Assembly: GCA_963767925.1 (NCBI GenBank)
Contig: CAVYGB010000010.1
Span: forward strand, 96,001 to 160,000
DNA: 64,000 bases
Origin: an uncultured delta proteobacterium
Lineage (GTDB): Bacteria; Myxococcota_A; Polyangia; Fen-1088
Reading direction: 5' to 3'
Positions within the stretch are counted from its first letter, which is position 1. Each line of letters begins with the position of its first letter. The notes beneath the pieces were generated by a model. It ran no database searches and was not told the DNA's origin. It was given only the letters and a program-made list of their open reading frames with translations. Of this stretch, positions 9,318-17,754 are shown one piece after another. Both the position numbers and the translations under genes were made by a program.

Positions 9318-11356
9318 TTCGCCGCGGCGAGCGGCTCCCAGTCCTCCCAGTAGTTGTACAGATCGCGCGCCGTCATCATCCAGACCACGAGGCGCTTGTT
9401 CTTGAGCTCCTCGGTCCCCCGGCGCATCAGCTTGTGCCGGACGTTGGGCCCGCCGCCGTAGCTCATCACGAGATCGACCGGGTAGCCGAGGGCGCGGGCC
9501 AGGTGGGCCGACACGCCGGCGTGCTCGCAGTCGGTGAGCTGGTAGACGCCGGTGAAGCTGTCACCGAGGAGGACGATGGGGCTGCCGGCGTCGTCGTCGT
9601 AGGGCGCCCCGTCGGCGTTGAGGACCCGCAGCCCGGTCAGCGCCTCGGGCTTGAAGCGCTTCTTGTCCGCTTCGCGCAGGCGGGAGTGCAGATCCCCGTA
9701 GCGCGTGAAGGGGACCTCCAGGGTGGAGTAGCTGCGCGCGCGGGTGGCCAGCTCGGCGTACCAGGGGTAGCGCTTGATCCGGTCGGCCACCGCGGCGGCG
9801 GCCAGCTCCAGGCCGGCGCTGGTCCAGTGGGTGTCCTGGTGCTGGAAGATGGCCGGGCCGTCGCCCCGCCGGCGGGCCAGGAAAGGTGGCCACAGGTCCA
9901 CCACCTCCACCCCCGCCTCGGCCAGGGCGAGCAGCAGCTTGCGCGAGAAGGGGTTGACCAGCTTCCCGGCCAGGGCGGCGTTGGCCGGGTCGAGCTTGTC
10001 CGGATAGACCTCGACCTTGTCCGGGACGGGCACGAACAGGAAGTCGACCCCCTGCTTGGCGAGGAAGTTCTTCCACTCGACGATGACCGAGAGGGGGCTC
10101 TTCTTGCGCGGCTGCCGCTCGAGGTCGCCGCCCACCGCGTATTCGAGCGAGGCCCGGTAAAACAGGTAGCCGTCCTGGCCGGGCAGTCCCTTGATGGCGG
10201 GGGGCGCCGAGCGCAGGTGCTTGCGCACGACGGTGGCGAAGGGCAGCACCCGCTTGCGCCAGCTCTCCCAGGAGCCGCCGCCCACCTCCTTGACCTCGCG
10301 CCGGATCGCCTCCGCCACCCGCCCGGGGTCGGCGCTGGTGCGCCCGGGGCTGAGGCGAAGGGCGGCCGTCGACGAGGAAGCGGCGGTCGCCTTGGGGCCG
10401 ATCCCCTTGACCAGGAAGACGTTGTAGACCGCCCGGCCCTCGGGCTTGCCTCGCATCACCACGGTCGGCGCCTCGACGCTGTAGTCGCCGAGCGAGCCCC
10501 GTACCTCCGCCTCGGTCTGATCGTCGGGCCAGCGCGGGCCCGACCCGGCGAGGTCGGTGTTGTACGAGGGGTACCAGTAAGAGGCGAGCTTGTGGGCCCA
10601 GGCGTGCACCTCGGCCGGGGCCAGCGGCTTGCCCGCGTAGTCGTCGAGGAGCAGGGCGGCCGCGGCGGCCGGGAAGAGATCCGGGCGGGCCCGGCCGTAG
10701 ATCTCGGCGTAGCCATCGCCGTCCTCGTCGGGCAGCTCGGAGAGCCCTTGCCACCAGGGGGCAAACTCGACCTTGACCCAGAGCTGGCGGGGCTGGCCGC
10801 CCCCCGGATCGTGCAGGTAGACCTCGCTGGCCTGCTGGCGGGGCAGCGGCGGCCCGGCGCCCAGCCCCCAGCTCTCCTCGCGGACGGCCGAGGAGATCTC
10901 CTCGACCCCCTCGGCCAGCTTGGCGTTCTTCTCGGCCAGCCACTGGGCCAGGGGCGCCAGGGCCATCGGGCGGGCGCGCTCGCCGTCCGAGAGGGGCGTC
11001 TTGCGGATCGACCCGGTCAAGGTGGCCGGATCGAGCACGCCCCGGAACAGCTCGCTCGGGCTGATGCGCGGCCGGCCCGGGGCGGCCTCCCCCTCGGGGG
11101 CCGGCTCGGCGATGAGGAAGTTGGCGTGGTAGGCGGCGAAGTCGAGGTTGGCCCGGGTGGGCCGATCGATCTCGCGCACCAGCACCTGGGCGTCGACCCG
11201 CCGGTAGCGGGGGCTCACGGTGCGCACCTCCGCGTGCCGCGCCGGCACCACCTCGCCCCCGCTGGACCAGGGCGACCGGGCGGCCCCCGAGGCGCAGGCC
11301 AGGCCCGCGATGCCGATGCTGAACCCGAGGAAGATGCGGCTGTTCATGCTGTCCAT
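9314..11356 (-). CDS. AlgJ/AlgX-like SGNH O-acetyltransferase lipoprotein with long N-terminal extension
   Basis: Lipobox GLAC; DGYLFY, VPVPDK..VYP, DTHWT (Asp-His), VLLGDSF (Ser). Confidence 0.82.
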   Translation of the reverse strand: MDSMNSRIFLGFSIGIAGLACASGAARSPWSSGGEVVPARHAEVRTVSPRYRRVDAQVLVREIDRPTRANLDFAAYHANFLIAEPAPEGEAAPGRPRISPSELFRGVLDPATLTGSIRKTPLSDGERARPMALAPLAQWLAEKNAKLAEGVEEISSAVREESWGLGAGPPLPRQQASEVYLHDPGGGQPRQLWVKVEFAPWWQGLSELPDEDGDGYAEIYGRARPDLFPAAAAALLLDDYAGKPLAPAEVHAWAHKLASYWYPSYNTDLAGSGPRWPDDQTEAEVRGSLGDYSVEAPTVVMRGKPEGRAVYNVFLVKGIGPKATAASSSTAALRLSPGRTSADPGRVAEAIRREVKEVGGGSWESWRKRVLPFATVVRKHLRSAPPAIKGLPGQDGYLFYRASLEYAVGGDLERQPRKKSPLSVIVEWKNFLAKQGVDFLFVPVPDKVEVYPDKLDPANAALAGKLVNPFSRKLLLALAEAGVEVVDLWPPFLARRRGDGPAIFQHQDTHWTSAGLELAAAAVADRIKRYPWYAELATRARSYSTLEVPFTRYGDLHSRLREADKKRFKPEALTGLRVLNADGAPYDDDAGSPIVLLGDSFTGVYQLTDCEHAGVSAHLARALGYPVDLVMSYGGGPNVRHKLMRRGTEELKNKRLVVWMMTARDLYNYWEDWEPLAAAK

Positions 11357-11383
11357 GGAGACCTCGTTCGATGGGCCCGCGCC

Positions 11384-12136
11384 TCAGGCGCGGGCGGGAA
11401 GATCCTCGGGAGCGACCGGCCCCCGGTAGTCGCCGCGCCGATAGCGCCAGAGGACGCGCAGGACGCGCAGCCCGTAGCGCAGCGGGCGCAGGTGGGAGAC
11501 CTCGTCGCCGTAGTGGGTGGGGATCGGCGCCTCGCCGACCCGCAGGCCGGCGGCGCGGGCCGAGGCGATGACCTCCAGGTCGAAGTCGAAGCTGTCCGAC
11601 AGCTCGGGAAAGCGAATCCGCGCCAGCGCACGGGGGCCGTATACCAGATAACCGCTGTGGTAGTCGCTGAGGTGCAGCCCGAAGGTGAGGTTCTCGAGCC
11701 GGTTGAGCCCGGCGTTGGCCAGGTACTTGTAGAGCGGCATGCCCCCGGACAGGGCGGTGCCCGAAGCGATGCGCGATCCCTGCAGCAGGTCGAGCCCCCT
11801 GCCCTGCAGCTCGCGCAGCAGCCGGCCGAGCACCTCGGGGCTGTACTGGCCGTCGGCGTGCACGCCGGCCACCGTGCTGGCGCCGGCGGCCAGGGCGGCG
11901 GCCAGCCCGTCTTTCATGGCGGCGCCGTAGCCCCCGTTGCGAGGGCGGCGGATCAGGCGGAGGCGCGGCTCGACGGCGGCGAGCCGGGCGGCCACCGCGG
12001 CGGTGTCGTCGCCGCTGCCGTCATCGACGACGATGATCCCGCCCAGCTCCGGGGGGGCCGTTCGTACCAGGCGGTCGATCACGCCGGGCAGGTGGCGGGA
12101 GGCCTGATAGGCCGGGACCACCACCTGCAGGCTCAC
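11384..12136 (-). CDS. Glycosyltransferase family 2 (DPM1/ArnC-like)
   Basis: VVVPAY, IIVVDDGSGDDT, N.GYGAA, HADGQY, GSR, DYHSGY, FDFDLE. The GTG start overlaps the upstream TGA (GTGA at 12133-12136). Confidence 0.9.
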   Translation of the reverse strand: MSLQVVVPAYQASRHLPGVIDRLVRTAPPELGGIIVVDDGSGDDTAAVAARLAAVEPRLRLIRRPRNGGYGAAMKDGLAAALAAGASTVAGVHADGQYSPEVLGRLLRELQGRGLDLLQGSRIASGTALSGGMPLYKYLANAGLNRLENLTFGLHLSDYHSGYLVYGPRALARIRFPELSDSFDFDLEVIASARAAGLRVGEAPIPTHYGDEVSHLRPLRYGLRVLRVLWRYRRGDYRGPVAPEDLPARA

Positions 12137-13257
12137 GCCCCGCTCCCGCCACCGCCCCCCAGCGCCGCCCGGGCGGCGGCGGCGGCGATCTCGGGACCGT
12201 AGCGGGCCCGGTAGTCGGCCACGATGGGCGGCAACATCTTCGCCAGCGGGGTGTGGGGGGTCCAGCCGAGCAGCCGTTGCGCCTTGTCGATGTCGGGGAT
12301 CCGCTCGTCGCAGTCGTCGTAGCCGGCCCCGTAGAACTCCTCCGCCGTCACCTCCCGGGTGTGCACGCGCGCCTCCGGGACCTGCTGCTGATAGGCCCGC
12401 CCGATCTGGTCGGCCAGCTCGGCGATGCTGAGGTCGTTGGCCGGATTGCCGAGGTTGAAGATCTCGCCCCGGCAGGCGGCCGGCCGCTCGAGGATGCCGA
12501 CCACCGCCTCGACGAAGTCCTCGATGGCCACGAAGGAACGGCGCTGCCGTCCCCCCTCCACGAGGGCCAGGTCTTCCCCCCGCAGCAGGGCCGACATGAA
12601 CGCCGCCAGCACCCGGGGGATCCCCTCGCCGTCGATGTCGGGGACGAAGTCCATGCGCGGCCCGATCACGTTGAAGGGGCGGACGATGGTGAAGGGGAGG
12701 CCGTGGTGACGCCCGCTGGCGAAGATCACCCGCTCGAGGAGCTGCTTGGCGCAGGCGTAGGTCCAGCGCTCCCGGTGCACGGGGCCCAGCCAGAGGGCGC
12801 TGTCCTCCTCGTTCATGCGGGCCATCGGCCGCCCCTCGCCGTCGAGGGCCGCCCGCCCGTAGACCTCGCAGGTGGAGAAGTGGACGAGCCAGCGCTCCCG
12901 TTCGGTGCACAGGCGCACGAGCGGCACGAGGTCGGTGTAGCTGGCGTCGATCACCTCGAGCGGGCGCGTGTTGTAGAGCGAGGGGTTGCACAGGGCGGTC
13001 AGCGACACGACGGCGTCACAGCCCTCGACGACCTCCTCGATCAAGCCCGGCTTGTCGAGGCGGGCCTGGATGCGCCGGACCCGCCCGTCGGTGGGGGCCA
13101 GCTTGGTGAAGGAGACGTCGACCGCCCAGACCTCGCGGTCGGGCCGGGCCAGCAGCGCCGGCACCAGGTGAGACCCGATGAACCCACCCGCCCCCAGCAC
13201 CGCGACCCGGGTGGGGCGAGCGGGCGGCCGCCCCGAAAACGTTCGCGGAGTGCTCAT
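12133..13257 (-). CDS. UDP-D-apiose/UDP-D-xylose synthase-like extended SDR (UDP-glucuronate decarboxylase family)
   Basis: GAGGFIG, ALCNPSLYNTRP, HFSTCEVYG, RWTYACAKQL, RPFNVIGPRMDF, GIPRVLA, FYGAGYDD...RIPD. These follow plant AXS motifs as I recall them. Confidence 0.8.
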   Translation of the reverse strand: MSTPRTFSGRPPARPTRVAVLGAGGFIGSHLVPALLARPDREVWAVDVSFTKLAPTDGRVRRIQARLDKPGLIEEVVEGCDAVVSLTALCNPSLYNTRPLEVIDASYTDLVPLVRLCTERERWLVHFSTCEVYGRAALDGEGRPMARMNEEDSALWLGPVHRERWTYACAKQLLERVIFASGRHHGLPFTIVRPFNVIGPRMDFVPDIDGEGIPRVLAAFMSALLRGEDLALVEGGRQRRSFVAIEDFVEAVVGILERPAACRGEIFNLGNPANDLSIAELADQIGRAYQQQVPEARVHTREVTAEEFYGAGYDDCDERIPDIDKAQRLLGWTPHTPLAKMLPPIVADYRARYGPEIAAAAARAALGGGGGSGA

Positions 13258-13291
13258 CGGGCTGCCACCGGGGTGCTGCTTTCGGCGACGA

Positions 13292-14344
13292 TCAGGGCGC
13301 GCTGGCCGCGGCCCGCGCGCCACCGCCCGGCACGAAGATGTCGGGCCAGCGGTCGTTGCCAGAGTGAAAGGTCAGGCGGGCGGCCTGATCGGCCGGGCTG
13401 CCCACCTGCCACAGGTAGATCTCGTAGTCGGCGATGTCGTGATCGTGCCCGCGCTGGGTGGCAGCCCAGACCAGGAATCCGCCGTCGTCCGACAGCTCCG
13501 GGAAATATTCGTGCGATCGGCGCCCGGGCAGGTCGATGAAGGTCTTCTGGTCGTCGGGCACCTCGCCGGCGAGCCGGGAACCCTTGGTCTCGGCGCGGAA
13601 GACGCGGCTGCCGCCGTTGCCGGTGGGGTGGACCCAGTAGACCGAGCGGCCGTCGGGGGTCCAGTTGATCTGGCAGCCGTCGCCGGTGCGGGTCCAGGTG
13701 CCGCCGGCCACGTCCCAGATGCCGGTCTCGCGCTTGGAGCCGCGCAGGGTGATGGCGATGAACTTGCCGTCGCGGGACATCTGCGGCTGCTGCAGCAAGG
13801 CCCCCTCGAGATCGGACACCTTCTCGCTGTCGACGAGGACGGTCTCCTCGCTGCCGCCCAGCTTCTTGCGGTAGACGCGGGTGCTGCGCACGAAGAGGAT
13901 CTCTTCGCCCGAGACCCAGGTCCCCCAGCTCGCGTTCTCCACCGCCGGCTGCGCCTCGCCACCTTCGGCCGGCATGAGGTACAGGTCCCACTTGCCGTCG
14001 GCGTTGGCGTCGCGCTCGCTGACCCAGCCCTTCTTGCTGCGCACGAAGAGGATCTGCTTTCCGTCGGGTGAATAGCGAGGGAACCAGTCGACCGGATCGC
14101 CCTTCGTGAGCTGCTCGAGGTTGCCCCCGTCGGTGTCCATGGCGAACAGGTCGTGGTTGCCCAGCCGCGAGCTGGACCAGACGATGCGGCCCTTCACCTT
14201 GGCGCCCACCGCCTTGATCTTGGCCGCCTCGGCCGCGTCGATCTGGGCGCCGCTGCCGGTGGGGGCGGCCCCTCCGACCGCGGCACAGCCGGCCAGCAGC
14301 GCCAGCAAGGTCCAGGGGAGAAAGAAATTCATCTTGGCTTTCAT
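13292..14344 (-). CDS. TolB-like PD40 beta-propeller lipoprotein
   Basis: Lipobox LLAGC; repeated PxxSxDG blades (FPRYSPDGK, QPQMSRDGK, WTPDGR, FPELSDDG, DRWPD). Confidence 0.85.
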   Translation of the reverse strand: MKAKMNFFLPWTLLALLAGCAAVGGAAPTGSGAQIDAAEAAKIKAVGAKVKGRIVWSSSRLGNHDLFAMDTDGGNLEQLTKGDPVDWFPRYSPDGKQILFVRSKKGWVSERDANADGKWDLYLMPAEGGEAQPAVENASWGTWVSGEEILFVRSTRVYRKKLGGSEETVLVDSEKVSDLEGALLQQPQMSRDGKFIAITLRGSKRETGIWDVAGGTWTRTGDGCQINWTPDGRSVYWVHPTGNGGSRVFRAETKGSRLAGEVPDDQKTFIDLPGRRSHEYFPELSDDGGFLVWAATQRGHDHDIADYEIYLWQVGSPADQAARLTFHSGNDRWPDIFVPGGGARAAASAP

Positions 14345-15294
14345 GACACCAGCTCCTGCCGCTCCGGGCGGCTCGCGAGGGTTGTTGCGGGGAGAGGGAA
14401 GCAGCGAGCCAGACCCTCCCGGACGCCCAGGGGAAGATAGCCGAGATCGCGGCTGGCCTCATCCGGGGGTAGATCGGCGTCGTGGACCATGCCGGCGATC
14501 GCCTGCAGGGTCAGCGGGGGATCGCGCATCAGCAGGCCGAGGCCCAGCGCGGCCGCCTGGCACAGGCGCACCGGCAGGTGCACGAAGGCCTTGCGCTGGC
14601 CGCGGCGGGCGAGCAGCAGCTCGGCCAGCTCGCGGATGGTCACCGCCTCGCCGCCGCTGAAGTTGTAGGTCTTGCCCCGGCTGCGGGGGTTGCCGGCGAT
14701 GCGGGCCAGTCCGTCCACGATGTCCTGAGCCCAGACCGGGCGCTTGCGGGCAAGGCCGTCGCCGATGAACGGCACCACCGGAAAGCGCTCGAGATAGCGC
14801 CAGAACAGCAGCAGCTCCTGGCCCCCGCCCTCGTCGTAGACCAGGGTCGGCCGCACGATGGTGTGGGCCATCCCGCCCTGGCCCTTGACCAGCGCCTCGC
14901 CCGCCAGCTTCGACTGCCCGTAGCGGGTCAGGCTGGGGTAGGTCACCGAGGCCGAGGAGACGTAGACGAAGTGGTCCACCCCGGCGCGCGCCGCCTCCGC
15001 CACCATGCGCGCGGTCCCCAGCCGGTTGATGCGGTCGAAGGCGCCGGGATCGGGCGAGAGGATGATGGCGGCGAGGTGGAACACGGTGGACACGCCGTCG
15101 AGCAGCCCGACCAGCGACGCGGGATCGGCCAGGTCCCCCTCGCGAATGTCGCAGGGCAGCCCCTGGAGGCGCGCCCGAAAGGGATCGCCCGGCTGCACGA
15201 GCGCCCGCACCGTCCAGCCCGTCTCCACCAGCGTTCGTACCAGCCGCGACCCCAGGACACCGCTGGCGCCCGACACGAAGACGACGCGTTTCAC
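14341..15294 (-). CDS. NAD-dependent epimerase/dehydratase-family SDR (atypical, NDUFA9/YbjT-like)
   Basis: VSGASGVLG, VFHLAA, FVYVSS, YGQSK (YxxxK), IVRPTLVY. The stop overlaps the next start; start uncertain. Confidence 0.85.
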   Translation of the reverse strand: MKRVVFVSGASGVLGSRLVRTLVETGWTVRALVQPGDPFRARLQGLPCDIREGDLADPASLVGLLDGVSTVFHLAAIILSPDPGAFDRINRLGTARMVAEAARAGVDHFVYVSSASVTYPSLTRYGQSKLAGEALVKGQGGMAHTIVRPTLVYDEGGGQELLLFWRYLERFPVVPFIGDGLARKRPVWAQDIVDGLARIAGNPRSRGKTYNFSGGEAVTIRELAELLLARRGQRKAFVHLPVRLCQAAALGLGLLMRDPPLTLQAIAGMVHDADLPPDEASRDLGYLPLGVREGLARCFPLPATTLASRPERQELVS

Positions 15295-15484
15295 TGAGGC
15301 GGGGACGCTAGCAAAAGCGATCCGGGCCAGCAAGCTGCGACGCGGAGCGGGCCCCGCCAGCGCGGCGCCCTCCGCCGCGCGTCAGTCCTTTACCTATCTT
15401 TTTCAGTGCGCCGCTTGGCCTGGAACGATTGCGTAGGTAGCCTGGGGCCTCTCGCGCCAGGCCCCGGCGGCGAGCCGTAACATC

Positions 15485-16582
15485 ATGCGTACGCGCTTCG
15501 CGTTTCCCAAAGTCGGTGGCCATCTGGCCGGGCTCGGCCTGCTGGCCGCGCTCGGCGTGGCCGCCGGAGGAGTCCTGGCGCTCGATCGCGGTGCCGAGGC
15601 GCACCGCCTGGGTGCAAGGGTCGATCGTCTCGCCCGCCTGACGGCCGCAGGCCTCCCCGCCGCTACCTGCCTTCCTGGCTCGCTGGCGGGGGCGATGCCG
15701 GCCAGCCCGGGCGCGCCGCTGCTGGCCGCCTGGCAGAGCGTCGCCGGCTGCGGGGCCAGCTCGGCGACGGGCGGCGGCGGTGGCGTCAAGTGGATCGGCC
15801 GCAGCGTGACCGGCGGGCTGTTCGGCGTGCAGTGCCAGGCGAGCTACAGCCCGCTGCTCGCGGTGCGCGACAAGATCGAGCACCACTTCGTGGTCAACAC
15901 CCTCATCACGACCGAGATCACCGACCGGGTGAGCCTGGGGATCAACATCCCCCTCGTCTACAAGTACCTGCGCGACCCGTATCAGCTCGACATCGATCTC
16001 TCGAACAGCGGCCTCGGCGACACCTCTATCCAGGTGACCCGCCAGCTCGGCCCCATCGGCGCCACCGCCCTCACTGCCACCGTCGGCGTCCCGACGGGCA
16101 AGTGGGACACCACCTACCGCAACTCGCCCATGCCGCAGCATCAGCAACTCGGCTTCGGCAAGGCGACCGGGTCGCTCACCCTGGATCACACGATGGATCA
16201 AACCTGGGGGCTGGTCGTGCTGGGCGGCCTCGGCTCCTGGCGGGGCGGGCAGAACCACTGGGAGAGCTACCGGGCCCCCAGCGCCACCGCCTACACCTAC
16301 GCCGGGCTGTACCTGGGGTCCTTCGTGCCCTCGGTGGGGTTCACCACCACGGGCTTTCTCGGGCACGACCGCGACCGTTCCCAGCCCGAAAACAGCGGCA
16401 TCCTGGTGATGTCGGCCAACGCCTCGCTGGAGTGGTCGACCGACTGGATCGCGGTGCTGGCCGGGGTGTCGCTGCCCTATCAGTACGACGCGATCCTGCG
16501 CGACAGCGAGGGGTTCCCCAGGAACCCCTGGCGCTGGGGGCAGTGGGTGCTCGGCCTCGGCGTGACGGTTTCTCCGTTCTGA
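15485..16582 (+). CDS. Hypothetical exported protein, probable outer-membrane beta-barrel
   Basis: Signal peptide; SGLGDT and GVPTG motifs; alternating amphipathic strands; C-terminal Phe. Confidence 0.6.
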   Translation: MRTRFAFPKVGGHLAGLGLLAALGVAAGGVLALDRGAEAHRLGARVDRLARLTAAGLPAATCLPGSLAGAMPASPGAPLLAAWQSVAGCGASSATGGGGGVKWIGRSVTGGLFGVQCQASYSPLLAVRDKIEHHFVVNTLITTEITDRVSLGINIPLVYKYLRDPYQLDIDLSNSGLGDTSIQVTRQLGPIGATALTATVGVPTGKWDTTYRNSPMPQHQQLGFGKATGSLTLDHTMDQTWGLVVLGGLGSWRGGQNHWESYRAPSATAYTYAGLYLGSFVPSVGFTTTGFLGHDRDRSQPENSGILVMSANASLEWSTDWIAVLAGVSLPYQYDAILRDSEGFPRNPWRWGQWVLGLGVTVSPF

Positions 16583-16644
16583 GACCATTGCGTCTGACGA
16601 ATGTGGCCCCCCCGGCGCTCCAACAGCAAGCAGTGGAGAACACA

Positions 16645-17733
16645 ATGACTCGGGCTCGACGAACCTTCTGGCTTCCGGTCGCCTTCAGCTTGCTGGCTGG
16701 CGCCCTCTCCTGCGGCTTGCAGGAGCACCCCCAGGACACGCCCGACCCGGACCCTGGTGATCCCGGGTTCGGCCCCCTCGATCCGGGGCCACCGGCGCCC
16801 ACGCCAGCACCCGCTGCGCCGCCGACGTCGTCGATCGACCCCCCACCCGCGCCGCCGGCAGCACCGCCCTCCGCCCCCCCGGCACCCGGCGCCGGCCCCG
16901 CACCGTCCCCGGCGCCCGTCCCACCGGTGGTGAGCCCCCAGCCGACCGGGCCCGGCGTCACCATCAACGGGACCTTCGTGCCCAAGGACAAGGCCCTCGT
17001 CGTCATCCACTGGGGCCACTCGAACATGTACGGGCAGGCCGACTCGCCCTCGTCGCTGCGCCCCTTCTTCTACGACACCCAGCCGGGGCTCTGGTCGTAC
17101 CAGGGCAACAACCGCTTCCGGCTGGCCCGGGAGAAGACGGCGCCCGCGCCGGCCGGGGACAACAACGACAGCGCCGGTCCGGGCATGGCCATCTTGCGCA
17201 CCCTGGCCGCCGCCGCGCCGGCCAACGGCGGGTACCACGTCATCTCCATCGGTCGCGGGCGGGGCAGCGCCACAACCGAAGATTTCCTCAAGGGGGGGCT
17301 GTATTACTCGACCTTCATGAACCTGGCGGTGCAGCTCAAGGGGCGGGTGACCTTCGCCGGCATGTTCATCATGATGGGCATCACCGATCGCCACATGCCC
17401 ACCCGCGACCAGGGCGGCTTCGCCGACCGGATGACCCAGATCGTCGCCGACATCCGGACCGACCTCGGCGAGCCCAACCTCCCCGTCCTGCACACCGACT
17501 ACGAGGTAACGTCGACCGGGGAGCTCAGCGTCAACACCGAGTTCGCCCGGCGCATCCGGCCGCTCATGTTGTCCCTGCCCCAGCGGGTCGCCAACCTGGC
17601 GATCATCCCCTGCGACGACATCCCCCTCGAGGACGACCACCACTTCACCCTCGCCGGGCACAAGCTGTGGGCCGAGCGGGGGGTAGAGATCCTGCGCACC
17701 CGCGGCTGGCTGCCCTGGTCGGCCAACCGCTGA
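16645..17733 (+). CDS. Lipoprotein with Pro-rich linker and SASA/CE6-like carbohydrate esterase domain
   Basis: ATG at 16645 after GGAG; lipobox ALSC; long Pro/Ala linker; GHSNM (GxS nucleophile) and DDHH (DxxH). Confidence 0.75.
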   Translation: MTRARRTFWLPVAFSLLAGALSCGLQEHPQDTPDPDPGDPGFGPLDPGPPAPTPAPAAPPTSSIDPPPAPPAAPPSAPPAPGAGPAPSPAPVPPVVSPQPTGPGVTINGTFVPKDKALVVIHWGHSNMYGQADSPSSLRPFFYDTQPGLWSYQGNNRFRLAREKTAPAPAGDNNDSAGPGMAILRTLAAAAPANGGYHVISIGRGRGSATTEDFLKGGLYYSTFMNLAVQLKGRVTFAGMFIMMGITDRHMPTRDQGGFADRMTQIVADIRTDLGEPNLPVLHTDYEVTSTGELSVNTEFARRIRPLMLSLPQRVANLAIIPCDDIPLEDDHHFTLAGHKLWAERGVEILRTRGWLPWSANR

Positions 17734-17754
17734 TCGCCGCTCGTCAGCGCGGCG

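Noticed and set aside
12133..13257. arnA of lipid A aminoarabinose modification
   Set aside because: No formyltransferase domain, no arnB/D/T nearby, and the active-site motif is STCE (AXS-like) rather than STSE.
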